NCBI GenBank assembly: GCA_040902005.1
Contig: JBBDYA010000005.1
Coordinates: 1-53,180 of the forward strand
Direction of reading: 5' to 3'
From: Gemmatimonadaceae bacterium
GTDB taxonomy: Bacteria > Gemmatimonadota > Gemmatimonadetes > Gemmatimonadales > Gemmatimonadaceae
Length of the DNA: 53,180 nt
Position 1 is the stretch's first letter, and the number at the start of each line of letters is the position of its first letter. The notes beneath the pieces are model-generated. The model was not told where the DNA came from, made no database searches, and saw only the letters and a program-made list of their open reading frames with translations. This document shows, in pieces, positions 1-9,291 of the stretch. The position numbers were made by a program, and so were the translations under genes.

Positions 1-10
1 CGCGTGCCAT
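1..10 (-). CDS. Probable 5' end of a gene that runs off the window edge
   Basis: Minus-strand ATG at 10..8, preceded by AGGGAGAACC (SD-like) and a promoter-like sequence. Only 3 codons are visible. Confidence 0.4.
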
Positions 11-37
11 GGTTCTCCCTGCACGAGGTTAGGGGAG

Positions 38-66
38 AATGTGTCGCGACCCACTCTTCAGGTCAA
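38..66 (-). promoter_or_regulatory. Putative sigma70-type promoter
   Basis: Minus strand TTGACC-N17-CACATT, upstream of the ATG at position 10. Confidence 0.35.
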
Positions 67-187
67 GATCAGCACGTGCGCAACGTCGCTAACGTCGGCG
101 CCGCCGGGAAACGGGCGTTTGACTTCGGCGACTGGCGCGAGCCCGTCGCGAAGCGCACGGGCGTTCGCGGGGGGGTGAGAGGACTGC

Positions 188-412
188 TCAGGCGCGCAGG
201 ACTCCAGCGAGCGCAGCGACGGCAAGTACGGCCCCGCACCAGAACACGAACGACCATTTCATCAGGTCGGCCTTTACGTCGCTGATCCTGGTATCGAGCG
301 CCCTGAATCCTTCGGTCACCCGGTGGTCGGCGTCGCGGATGTCGCGTCTGAGCTCCGCGAATGCTGCCTGCATGTGAGCGCGGTCGACGCGTAGTTCGTC
401 GATGATCGTCAC
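188..412 (-). CDS. Small coiled-coil protein with C-terminal TM helix (DUF1640/CCDC90-like), possibly 5'-truncated
   Basis: 74 aa. Heptad-like region followed by KADLMKWSFVFWCGAVLAVAALAGVL, a typical DUF1640-like C-terminus. Confidence 0.6.
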   Translation of the reverse strand: MTIIDELRVDRAHMQAAFAELRRDIRDADHRVTEGFRALDTRISDVKADLMKWSFVFWCGAVLAVAALAGVLRA

Positions 413-466
413 GAGGTGAAGGATACGCTCGGCGGCCGCGCCGAGTCCAGCGGCGCAGTCGCAACC

Positions 467-2833
467 CTACATCCGCAGCACGTAGCTCAGTTTGACGAAG
501 AACCCGTCCGTCGTGCGCTGAAGGTCCGTGGGACTGAACTCGGCGCTGCCCAGGTTGGCCCCGTAGCCCAGGAAGAACACGGTCCCCGGGCTGGGCTGGT
601 AGGAGAACAGCCAGTCGGCGCGCAGGCTGCCGCGGTCGATGGCCGTCGCGCGCCGGAATCCGGTCGAGGTCTGGATGAGGATCGGGTCGCCCGTCCGCGA
701 ATCGTCGCGCAGCGAGTCCACCTTGAGTCCGTCGTACTGCGCCACCACGCGCATGAAGACAGGCCGCGCCACCTGGTATTCCAGCTTGAGCCGCGGAATG
801 GAGCGAATGCGTACGAGCGATCCATCGGTTTTGCGATACACGCGCTGTTCCAGCCAGCGGGCGTTGACGCGAATGCGGTCGTCGGGCCGCCAGTCCGCAT
901 TGAGCGTCGAGTAGAGAATCCATGCCGACGACCATTCGTCGAAGTTGTCGTCCTGCCCGCCAATGATTTCGGCGCTGCCCGAGAACTGCTTCCACTGCGG
1001 CGTTCCAACCGCGGTCATCACGCCGATATTCGTCAGCCGGTCCGTCCCGGTGAACGGAACGGTGTCCATCACCGCGCCGCCTGCATCGCGTCGCTCAACG
1101 AACAAGTTGGTATACAGGAACGCCGGGTACTTGAACGTCTCCGTCCATGTATAGAGCGTGGTGCTCCACCCGCCCTTCCAGATGGCGGTGGTGTTGGTGT
1201 TCATCTTGATGTCGTTCGGCTCCGTGCCATCCATGAAGCGGTCCCACTCCCACGTGTTGTCCGAGATCAACGTGAAGGAGAGGGACTGCACCGCATTGTT
1301 CCGCGGATACCACGTACGCCGCGGCTGGAACACGCCGCGAACAACACCGGTCCGTGATATGAACCCGCTGGCCGCGTTGAAATCGGGATGCACGCCCTCG
1401 AACACGGCGTTGAACCCACGTTCGCGGCCGGTTCGGCTGAGCGTGAAGTCGAACAGCGGCCGGCCGGCCCCGTTCAGGCCACCCACGCCAGTGAAGCTGC
1501 CGGCCACCTGGCTGGTGAGCACGTGGCGGCTCCCCAGGAGTAGCCGCGAATCGAACCCCACGACGCGGTTGTAGTCCCCGCCCTCCATCCGGTCCGTGTA
1601 CACCATGCCGACGTTCGAGCCCGGCGCCACATCGCGCCGCAGGCGGACGATGTTGTAGATGGGGTCGTCGGCCAGCACAGACGCCGCGCCGTCGTCCACC
1701 GCCGACAGCACACCCACATTGGTGCCGCCGATCTTGCCGCTCAGCTTGGCCGCGCCCTGCGGCGATACGATACGACGCGTGTAGATGAGCGAGTTCGGAA
1801 CCTGGAAGTTCTCGTTCGCTTCGAGAAAGAACGGTCGCTTCTCCGGAAAGGAGATCGCCGAGCGTGGATCGAAGATCGTCTGGCCCACGTCGGACTCGAC
1901 TTGCGAGAAGTCCGGGTTCACGGTGGCATTGAGCGAGGCGTTGGGCGTCACGCCCCAGCGCACGGTGCCGCCGAACTCCGGAGCCTGGCCACGGTAACGC
2001 CACTGCGGATCCGCCGGGCTGATCGGCGCACCCGTGTTGGTTGCCGTCATCACCGGATTCACGTCCATCACGAGGCCGCGCCTGAGGTTCGTGAGGTCCA
2101 GCAAGCGCCCGCTCTGCTCGAGGAAGGAGGGTCGGCCTCGCTCCGCCGGCGTCCACGTCTGTTCGTGCCCGGAGTGCATCACGCGCCGAATCACCTGGAC
2201 GCCCCACTGCTGCGTGGGCGTCTGCTGGTACCGGATGCTCTTGAACGGAATGCGCACCTCGATTTCGAAGCCGTAGTCCGTGACGCGACCCTTCGACTCG
2301 AAATGGAAGTCCGGATTGCGGTCCGTGCCGCTGCCCTCGGCGTACGTCCCGTCGCCCTGGATGCCGAGCGGGTTGACCGAAAACACCAGCGCCCGTTGCC
2401 GGTCGTTGAACGTGTCGAGAATGAGCTCGACGTTGTCGTTACCGAAAATACGATCGCGGTCGGCAATGGTGGCGGCGACGCTGCCATGCGGTTCGAACGC
2501 GCGGATGCCGAAGTACATGGCATGGTCGGTGTACATGACCAGTACTTCGGTGGAGTCTGCCGCGGGCTGACGGTCCACGGGGTGGTACTGCGAAAAGCCG
2601 GTCAGCACCGACGCGGCGCTCCACGCGGTTTCGTCGATCCGGCCATCGATGGTGAGCGTCGCTTGCACCTTGGGGATCCTGACGTCGAGCTGGCCGGTGC
2701 GACCGTGATAGGTGTTCGGCGGCGATGAAGCTGGCAGGGTGGCTGGTGTCGGGGCCGGTCCACCACCCGGGCCTTGCGCGCTCAACGGCAGCCCCACGGC
2801 GGCGGCCATTGCGCAGGCGGCAATGATGTTCAT
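467..2833 (-). CDS. DUF5916-family outer-membrane protein with N-terminal CBM9/DOMON-like domain
   Basis: 788 aa with a signal peptide. Motifs IDGRIDE..W, EVRIPFKSIRY, ATVNPDFSQVESD, EKRPFFLE; beta-barrel-like C-terminus FFVKLSY. Confidence 0.85.
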   Translation of the reverse strand: MNIIAACAMAAAVGLPLSAQGPGGGPAPTPATLPASSPPNTYHGRTGQLDVRIPKVQATLTIDGRIDETAWSAASVLTGFSQYHPVDRQPAADSTEVLVMYTDHAMYFGIRAFEPHGSVAATIADRDRIFGNDNVELILDTFNDRQRALVFSVNPLGIQGDGTYAEGSGTDRNPDFHFESKGRVTDYGFEIEVRIPFKSIRYQQTPTQQWGVQVIRRVMHSGHEQTWTPAERGRPSFLEQSGRLLDLTNLRRGLVMDVNPVMTATNTGAPISPADPQWRYRGQAPEFGGTVRWGVTPNASLNATVNPDFSQVESDVGQTIFDPRSAISFPEKRPFFLEANENFQVPNSLIYTRRIVSPQGAAKLSGKIGGTNVGVLSAVDDGAASVLADDPIYNIVRLRRDVAPGSNVGMVYTDRMEGGDYNRVVGFDSRLLLGSRHVLTSQVAGSFTGVGGLNGAGRPLFDFTLSRTGRERGFNAVFEGVHPDFNAASGFISRTGVVRGVFQPRRTWYPRNNAVQSLSFTLISDNTWEWDRFMDGTEPNDIKMNTNTTAIWKGGWSTTLYTWTETFKYPAFLYTNLFVERRDAGGAVMDTVPFTGTDRLTNIGVMTAVGTPQWKQFSGSAEIIGGQDDNFDEWSSAWILYSTLNADWRPDDRIRVNARWLEQRVYRKTDGSLVRIRSIPRLKLEYQVARPVFMRVVAQYDGLKVDSLRDDSRTGDPILIQTSTGFRRATAIDRGSLRADWLFSYQPSPGTVFFLGYGANLGSAEFSPTDLQRTTDGFFVKLSYVLRM

Positions 2834-2923
2834 CGCAGAACGATAGCGAGTCCGGGTCGGGCGAGAACTGTCTGGGTGCTACACGGCCGTCGGGCGGGCC
2901 AGCCCGGTTTCCGTTCTGTCAGT

Positions 2924-2951
2924 TTCCTGGTTCCTAGTTCCTAGTTCCTAA
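2924..2951 (+). repeat. Heptamer tandem repeat (TTCCTAG)x4, imperfect
   Basis: ttcctgg ttcctag ttcctag ttcctaa read directly from the sequence. Confidence 0.85.
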
Positions 2952-2952
2952 G

Positions 2953-3081
2953 ATGATGCGGCGGTTGGTTCAGGCGGGCCGGCGGTCGCGACTCGCGATC
3001 GCCGGCGCCGCCCACGTGGGCGCGCTGCCCACGCTGCTGCACGGGTACCTCATCGTCTTTCGCGGCAGCCGCCTGTTCTAG
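2953..3081 (+). pseudogene. 42-aa small ORF or 3' remnant of a membrane-protein gene
   Basis: MMRRLVQAGRRSRLAIAGAAHVGALPTLLHGYLIVFRGSRLF*. High-GC3 codons; below the ORF-track size cutoff; starts right after the heptamer repeat. Confidence 0.35.
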
Positions 3082-3101
3082 CGCCCGCGTCGCCGGCCGG
3101 C

Positions 3102-5183
3102 CTAGAAGATGCCAAACCGCGTCGCCAGCTCGCTCATGCGTTCGCCGATCTGCGTGTCGCTCGCCGCCACGCTGAAGGCCTCGAGGAACGCGATGTCCAG
3201 CGCCGGCTGTGGCGACCCATAGCCGTATCGCCAGCAACGATCCTCGCTCAGGTTGGCGCTGACAATGCTCGTAAAGTGGCGCGCCTGGTGAAAGCCGATG
3301 CTCGCTCCGCGGAAGGCGATCAGTGGGTCCTTCAGCGTGTTCGCCGTCTTCTGGCTGACGTTGTCCACGTACACACTCATCCCTTCGAGGGTGCTGAAAC
3401 GGAACGCATAGACGGCCCATCGTGTCCGGTTGGGCGCCCTGCGCTGCACGCCACCGTAGGAGCGGAAATGCATCTCGATGTTTCCCGTCCAGTTGAACCC
3501 GATGGTCATCGTTTGGCGCGCTCCTGCGTGATAGTCGGCGCGCTCGTTGGTGAACAGGAACACGTGCCCCCCTGAATGGTGCAGCGTCGCGCTGTCGGCG
3601 GTCGAGCGCACCACCGCGAAGATCGTAAAGCTCGTATCCTCGAGTGCCCGGCCGTCGAACCGATGCCAGGGGAACACGTGGATGACCGAGTCCTGTGTGG
3701 AGAAGGGGTGTGCGGTTCCGTCGAGCCCCGGCGTGCGGTGCTGATGGTAGCGCACGAAGCCGTTTCCGTTGGGCCCGTCGGCCGCGGGCATCGCGATCCC
3801 GGCATAGGCGTTCTTTACCTTGGTGGTGTTGATGTTGGTCGAACCCAAGCAGCTGGAGATCCACTCGAACATCTTGGGGCGGCTTTCCATCGGCGTGAGG
3901 GTGCCGCTCACCGACTCGACCCACGACGACAGGTACTGCGGCGTGTCGCCGTTGACGAGCGTGAAGGGGTCGGAGTTCAGGTTGGCCGGCACGGCGTCAA
4001 ACCGGAACGCCGGGTTGCGAAACATGTCCGAGTACGTCTGGCAGTCCACCACGTCATACTCCGTAGCCAGTTGCGTGGCGACGATGCGATTGTCCACGAC
4101 GTTGCGCACCACGTACGACAGCGGGACCCCGGTTCGGATGTCCGAACTTTCGGCGAACAGTTCGACCAGATCGGCCAGGTTTGTCTCGCCGAACGTGCGG
4201 ATCGTGGCGCCAGCCTCACCTCCCAGGGCGAACACGGACACATTGAGCTCGCTCTGTGTTCTCAGGAGGTCGAACTCGGCGTTGATTTGGCCGTCCACGA
4301 GCCCCCTGTCGAAGCTCGCCTCCAGCGCCGCGCTGAGCTCGAGCTGACTCGACGTGCTCTCCACCAGCATATAGTAGATGCGCCCGTAGGTGACGTCGGA
4401 GATGTAGGTGGCGGGATTTCCGTCGCCGACCTGTCGCGCAAGGTCGGCCGGTGTGACCTCGGGCGCGAACAGGTCGGAGTACGCGGCCGGCAACTGGAAG
4501 CTCATCGTGTAGTAGGACTGCGTGAGCTTCACGAGGAGCCGGCTGTACTGCCTGTCCGTCCGCATGTTGAACCTGCCCTCGACACTCACGAACGCCGTGT
4601 TGATGTCCACGCCAAGGCCGAGAGAAAACTGCTCGCGCGAGCGCGCGTCATGGACCGACATGGTGAAGTTCGCCGGCAGAACTCCCGTGTTGCTGGCGAC
4701 GATGTCGTTCATGGCCTGGACGATCTGCGCTTGCGTGACCTCGGACACCTCGCGGTAGACCCCCTGCGAGCCGTTCACGATGTTGATCGCAACCACGCCC
4801 GGCGCGCGCCGAACGGCGACGGGATCCGGCGGCGCCTTTCTCAGCGTCGCCCCCTGGAGCAGCGAGCCGGGGTAAATGACCCCGGCGGCGGGGTCGAACA
4901 GGGGAAAGCCGGCGGGACCGCCGCCGGCACGCATCGCGCTCACGCGCCGGCTGGTGCAGACTTGATAGCTGCCGCCGCCAAGGTCGGTTTCGACGGGTTC
5001 GCCCTCCAGGAGCGTGGCGTCGGCGTTCACGGCCTCGCTCAACATGTTGCCGCCCGCTGTCAGCACCGTGGCGAACTCATTTTCCAGGGCGTCGGGAGCA
5101 AGACCGCCATCGCTACATGCCAGGAGGGTGGCTACCGCGATGAGGGCCTTCGTCCGAAAGGGGATGGACCGGATGCTGTTCAT
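3102..5183 (-). CDS. Thiol-activated cytolysin family (CDC-like) lipoprotein with putative C-terminal LamG/ConA-like domain
   Basis: 693 aa from ATG 5183 (SD GGAGA). Lipobox LLAC; motifs VIYPGSLLQG, QSYY..., YISDVTYGR, GVPLSY. No ECTGLAWEWWR undecapeptide. Confidence 0.85.
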   Translation of the reverse strand: MNSIRSIPFRTKALIAVATLLACSDGGLAPDALENEFATVLTAGGNMLSEAVNADATLLEGEPVETDLGGGSYQVCTSRRVSAMRAGGGPAGFPLFDPAAGVIYPGSLLQGATLRKAPPDPVAVRRAPGVVAINIVNGSQGVYREVSEVTQAQIVQAMNDIVASNTGVLPANFTMSVHDARSREQFSLGLGVDINTAFVSVEGRFNMRTDRQYSRLLVKLTQSYYTMSFQLPAAYSDLFAPEVTPADLARQVGDGNPATYISDVTYGRIYYMLVESTSSQLELSAALEASFDRGLVDGQINAEFDLLRTQSELNVSVFALGGEAGATIRTFGETNLADLVELFAESSDIRTGVPLSYVVRNVVDNRIVATQLATEYDVVDCQTYSDMFRNPAFRFDAVPANLNSDPFTLVNGDTPQYLSSWVESVSGTLTPMESRPKMFEWISSCLGSTNINTTKVKNAYAGIAMPAADGPNGNGFVRYHQHRTPGLDGTAHPFSTQDSVIHVFPWHRFDGRALEDTSFTIFAVVRSTADSATLHHSGGHVFLFTNERADYHAGARQTMTIGFNWTGNIEMHFRSYGGVQRRAPNRTRWAVYAFRFSTLEGMSVYVDNVSQKTANTLKDPLIAFRGASIGFHQARHFTSIVSANLSEDRCWRYGYGSPQPALDIAFLEAFSVAASDTQIGERMSELATRFGIF

Positions 5184-5539
5184 ACTGTCTCCTTGGAGGG
5201 TAGTTCGATCACGTCGAGCAGCTTGGTGAGATCGGATTTCGGCACGAACGCGAACGCGCCGGCCTCGTGGGCCGCGCGCCGGTACGCCGCGCTGTCGTGA
5301 TGGGTCACGATCACCACGCGCGCGTTGGGATGGGACGCGCGGATGCGGCGTGTCGCTTCCACGCCGCTCACGCCGTCCATCGCGATGTCCATGAGCACCC
5401 AATCGGGGTGCACGCGGTCGTAGAGCGCGACCGCGCTCGCGCCGTCGGTGCACTGGTGGACGTCGGGATGCAGGTGCTGCACGACTTCCCTGATGGTCTC
5501 TCGCATACGCTCGTTGTCGTCCACGATCAGAACGGACAT
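5180..5539 (-). CDS. Stand-alone response-regulator receiver (REC) protein
   Basis: 119 aa with VLIVDD, VLMD, IVT, FVPK. No output domain. The stop overlaps the cytolysin start (ATGA). Confidence 0.9.
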   Translation of the reverse strand: MSVLIVDDNERMRETIREVVQHLHPDVHQCTDGASAVALYDRVHPDWVLMDIAMDGVSGVEATRRIRASHPNARVVIVTHHDSAAYRRAAHEAGAFAFVPKSDLTKLLDVIELPSKETV

Positions 5540-5695
5540 GGCGACAGAGTACGGCCGAGGCCGCCCGGCCACATGGGAGTCCTCTCCCGGTTTTCCCGGG
5601 GGAGGTCACCCGGAGACCCGGCCTAGGCGAGCAGGGAGGTGTGGTCGGGGTTCATGCCGGCCGTGCCACCATCGTCCTGGGCAATCGCTCCGGCA

Positions 5696-7087
5696 CTACG
5701 GGCAGGACGTGACGCGCCAGGCGTACCGGCTGGCGGGCGCGCTCTGCACTTCGGGCGCGCGGAAGCGCGACGGCCGCTCCACCCCCCACATGAGCAGCAG
5801 CGAATCGCTGCGCGCGGACATCAGGCTCGGCCTGCTTGCCACGTCCGCGAAGGGCAGCGGCTCCACGCGTTGCCACGCGCCGTCACTCCAGTCGAACCAG
5901 ACGATCGGAGCGCCGTCCCTCGTTGAGTACGTCACGCCCTGGATTCCGCCGGCGGCCGGCGTGACGCTCGACAGGTGCCCCACGCGTGCTGGGTGTGCCA
6001 CCGAAGCGGGTGACGTCCACATCGCGCCGTCGGACGAGAGCATGACATGCAGGCTGTCCGCGCCGCCAGCCGATGATGCGGCCGACGCCCACAGCACGCC
6101 GAAGCGCCCGCCATTCGCCGACGATTCATGGAAGAGCCGAGGGAAGCTGGCGAAGCGTGCGGCGGACGAATGGATGCGACGCTCGGCGGGGAAGGCGGTG
6201 TCGTTGGCCGACGCGCGGATCAGGAAGAGATGGGTAACGCTGGCGACGTCCGTGGCGGTGAAGGCGATGAGCACCGAGTCACGCGCATACGGAAGCACGG
6301 ACGCGTGTGTCGGTCGGCTACCATGGAAGTGCAGCACGGTGCGACTCACCGACGCGCCGGTGCGCAGATACGCGACACCGGCGCCCGTGCCCGACCGCAC
6401 GAAGGGAACGGCGACGTGGACGTCACGCCCTCCCCCCACCCCCGCTCGCACGTCGCCCCCCCCCGGCTGCCATAGCAGCCGAGTCGTGGACAACAGTCGC
6501 TCCTGCACGGTCCAGTCCGCGCCCTCGCGGCGGGCGTGCCAGAGCGCGGTGGAGTCTCCCTGAGGATTCATCCAGTAGAGGTGGACGCCGCCAGCGGAGT
6601 CCCGGGCCACGGCCGCGCGCTCCACGAGCCCGCGCAGTCGCGCGGGAAAGCGAATCCCGGACGCGCGCATGTTCCGGTCGAGCGCCAGGCCCACGTTGGA
6701 GAAGTTGCGCCCCAGCCGGTCGAAGTACGCCACCGTGTCCGCGCGGCTCGGTCCGGGCGCGGGATCGAACGTGTGCGTCGTGGCCCAGAAGAAGGATGGG
6801 GTGCCGGCCAGCAGCAGCGTGTCGCCAACGACCGCGAGCGAGGGTGTCTCGATGTACGCCGGCCTGCCGTCGGTGCTCAGCAGGTCGTGCGCGTCGCTCC
6901 ACCGCGCATCGCAGCGCGCAGCCTCGGGAGGGAACCCCGGTTGCATTTGAGTCGCAGGCGGCGGCACGGGTGTCGGCGTCGGTGTCGCTGGCGCGCAGGC
7001 ACTCGTCGCCGCCAGCACCAGCGCCTTCACCGCGCGTGACGAGGGCCATGCACGGCGCAACGAATTTCCCCGATGTCGGCGCGTCAT
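5696..7087 (-). CDS. Hypothetical exported lipoprotein, beta-rich (possible propeller/BNR-like)
   Basis: 463 aa. Signal peptide ending LAATSAC, Pro/Thr linker, SSDGAMW Asp-box-like motif; TAGACT-N7-ATG upstream. Confidence 0.65.
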   Translation of the reverse strand: MTRRHRGNSLRRAWPSSRAVKALVLAATSACAPATPTPTPVPPPATQMQPGFPPEAARCDARWSDAHDLLSTDGRPAYIETPSLAVVGDTLLLAGTPSFFWATTHTFDPAPGPSRADTVAYFDRLGRNFSNVGLALDRNMRASGIRFPARLRGLVERAAVARDSAGGVHLYWMNPQGDSTALWHARREGADWTVQERLLSTTRLLWQPGGGDVRAGVGGGRDVHVAVPFVRSGTGAGVAYLRTGASVSRTVLHFHGSRPTHASVLPYARDSVLIAFTATDVASVTHLFLIRASANDTAFPAERRIHSSAARFASFPRLFHESSANGGRFGVLWASAASSAGGADSLHVMLSSDGAMWTSPASVAHPARVGHLSSVTPAAGGIQGVTYSTRDGAPIVWFDWSDGAWQRVEPLPFADVASRPSLMSARSDSLLLMWGVERPSRFRAPEVQSAPASRYAWRVTSCP

Positions 7088-7132
7088 GGACTGGAGTCTA
7101 GTGTCTTCCTGGGCAACCGAGCGCGGGCATAG

Positions 7133-7933
7133 TCAGCGCGCGGTGCCGCCGCGCGTTTCGGGCACGAACACCGCCGGATCCTGCTGGTAGAACCGAGCGA
7201 GCCGTTCGTACAGCTCGGGATGACGGCGGCGCAGCGCGTGCGGGCGCTCGAAAAACGCTTCCGTGACCACCGCGAAGAATTCCGCCGGATTCTCGGCGCC
7301 GTACTGATCGATCACCGTCCGCCGTCCTGATGCTTCCGCCAGTCGCAGCGCCTCGAACTCCTCACCCATGACTCTCGCCCACGCCAGGTACTCGGCGCGA
7401 CTCGCGAGCATGGGCGTGCCGTCGGTGGAGCTGTCCTCGAAGTCGAGCTGGTGCGCGAATTCGTGGAGCACGAGGTTCTCGCCATCGCCGGCCTCGGTCG
7501 CGCCATGCCGCGCCGAATCCCACGCCAGCACGAGAGCGCTGAGGTGTTCCTCCGTGTGACCGAGCAGGTCCTCCCCGGATTCTTCCCACAGGCCGTCGCC
7601 GATGGCCCGCTCTTCGTGCACGGTATAGCCGCTTGGATACACGAGGATGGAGCGCAGCCGCGGATAGTAGTCCGTTTCCCGGTGCAGCAGCAGCAGGCAG
7701 GCCTGCGCGGCGATCGTCACGCGGATCTCGTCCGTGAGCTCCAGGCCGCCGCACCCCTCGAAATGCTTCTCGTCCAGCAGGACGTGCACATGTCCCAACA
7801 GCTCGCCCTGGTCCGAGGGGGAGAGATGCGCGAAGATCGGCACGGTGCGCTCGACGATGGCCCGCCACGCCAGCGGTACCGGCGCGGCTCGGAGACGGGC
7901 CCGCCGGCGTTTCTTCAGGAAACCGAAGACCAT
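7133..7933 (-). CDS. Zinc metallopeptidase, M90 (MtfA-like) family
   Basis: 266 aa with IAAQACLL, ILVYP, HEFAHQLD and YGAENPAEFFAV..EAFFE motifs. Confidence 0.9.
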   Translation of the reverse strand: MVFGFLKKRRRARLRAAPVPLAWRAIVERTVPIFAHLSPSDQGELLGHVHVLLDEKHFEGCGGLELTDEIRVTIAAQACLLLLHRETDYYPRLRSILVYPSGYTVHEERAIGDGLWEESGEDLLGHTEEHLSALVLAWDSARHGATEAGDGENLVLHEFAHQLDFEDSSTDGTPMLASRAEYLAWARVMGEEFEALRLAEASGRRTVIDQYGAENPAEFFAVVTEAFFERPHALRRRHPELYERLARFYQQDPAVFVPETRGGTAR

Positions 7934-7958
7934 CAGCGGTCGTCCGCGGACTCCCGCG

Positions 7959-8663
7959 CTACTGGCCGGCGGTGCAGCAGCCGTCGGTGCACGTCAACCA
8001 CGCGGGGTCACGCGGATTGTACGTCGTCGGAACGGCGGACGAGTGCGAGTGATCCGCCGGCGCGCGCGGTCCGCTCGCCGACGCTTCCGCGTCGTCGCCT
8101 GCCTGCGTCGAGCAGGATGCGAACTCGGATCTGCCCTTCGGGTGGCCCGGAGTTGACGGCGTGTGCGCGCACGTGACCCACGATCCCGACGCCGTCTCGC
8201 GCGGCGCACCGGCGTTGTTCCTGATCGCCTCGCGCACGGTCCATCGCCATCCACTCTCACCATCGCGCAGCGCGATGATGTAGAACTCCGCGTTGCCGCC
8301 GCGCCCCATCCCGTAGCGGTTCTCCGGCCCGTCATCGTCGCCTCCCGAGGGCCGTCCCAGATTCACCAGTCGCGCCACAATGGTGCCGTTGGGGCTGATG
8401 GTGCCGGCTCCAGGCTGCTGGTCCCTCACGGCGTCCACGCGTCCCATGCACGCGCCCTTCTGGCACTCGCGCCCCTGCACGGGACCGTTGTCGAAGCGAA
8501 GGCCGTTGCCCGCGGCCCACAATTCGTCGCTCGTCATCTGGCCCAGCGGTTTGGGCAGATCACCCGGGAGCGCCGTCCGGGAATGCGACGCAAAGCCCCA
8601 CAGCACCGCGCACATCCCCGCGACGCCGAATACCGCCGCGATCCGCTTCGTTCGCTGGCTCAT
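7959..8663 (-). CDS. Hypothetical exported Cys-rich protein
   Basis: 234 aa from ATG 8663 (SD GGAGA). N-terminal signal/TM segment; C-terminus PAWLTCTDGCC. Confidence 0.65.
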   Translation of the reverse strand: MSQRTKRIAAVFGVAGMCAVLWGFASHSRTALPGDLPKPLGQMTSDELWAAGNGLRFDNGPVQGRECQKGACMGRVDAVRDQQPGAGTISPNGTIVARLVNLGRPSGGDDDGPENRYGMGRGGNAEFYIIALRDGESGWRWTVREAIRNNAGAPRETASGSWVTCAHTPSTPGHPKGRSEFASCSTQAGDDAEASASGPRAPADHSHSSAVPTTYNPRDPAWLTCTDGCCTAGQ

Positions 8664-8805
8664 GTCGATCTCCGATCTCGATGTACCTAGCCACGTGGAG
8701 TCCGTGTGACTCCAACGATCAAACGCGTGCCGCCTACTATACGTTCCGATCGCGGCGAGTCCATGGGGAATGTCGGCGGCAGACCTGATGGCTAGATTGC
8801 CGCGC

Positions 8806-9291
8806 ATGATCACGGGCGCCGGTGTCGCCGCGGTCCTCCGCTCCATGGCGATCACCCACGTCGTCACCGTGCCGGATGGCACCATGGGCCGCTGGGAGAG
8901 CGACATCGAGCGCGCCGGCATCCGCCTGGTGCGCGTCTGCCGCGAGGGCGAGGCCTGGACCATCGCCGGCGGCCTGTACCTCGGCGGCGCCACGCCGCTC
9001 GTGCTCATCCAGTGCACCGGCCTGTTCGAGTCGGGCGACGCGCTGCGCAACACGCTGCACGAGTGGAAGCTCCCGATCTACGCGATGATCGGGTACCGCA
9101 GCTACCTGAACCAGGAGAACCTGCCGGGGGACACATCGCTCGTGTTCACCGAGCCGATCCTCGCCGCGTGGCAACTGGACGTGCGGCTCATCAAGGAGGC
9201 GGGGCAGCTCGGCGAGATGGCGGAGCACTATCGCTCATGTCAGGCCGCGTCCATCCCGGGCGTCGCGCTCATCGCGGAGGGACGGTCATGA
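8806..9291 (+). CDS. TPP-dependent decarboxylase alpha subunit (sulfopyruvate/phosphonopyruvate decarboxylase, ComD-like)
   Basis: [29 protein letters not shown] motifs. The start at 8806 is supported by TAGATT-N7-ATG. Confidence 0.8.
   Translation: MITGAGVAAVLRSMAITHVVTVPDGTMGRWESDIERAGIRLVRVCREGEAWTIAGGLYLGGATPLVLIQCTGLFESGDALRNTLHEWKLPIYAMIGYRSYLNQENLPGDTSLVFTEPILAAWQLDVRLIKEAGQLGEMAEHYRSCQAASIPGVALIAEGRS

Noticed and set aside
188..469. The DUF1640-like ORF is in frame with the upstream DUF5916 gene across a single TAG (possible read-through).
   Set aside because: In-frame placement has a one-in-three chance, the barrel protein needs its free C-terminus, and no recoding signal is visible.
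5581..5605. Inverted repeat CCTCTCCCGG...CCGGGGGAGG upstream of the REC gene.
   Set aside because: No U-tract and GC-rich; it cannot be distinguished from chance or assigned as a terminator or operator.
5184..5609. N-terminal extension of the 835-aa ORF upstream of the cytolysin ATG.
   Set aside because: It overlaps the REC gene in another frame. The SD and signal peptide support 5183 as the true start.
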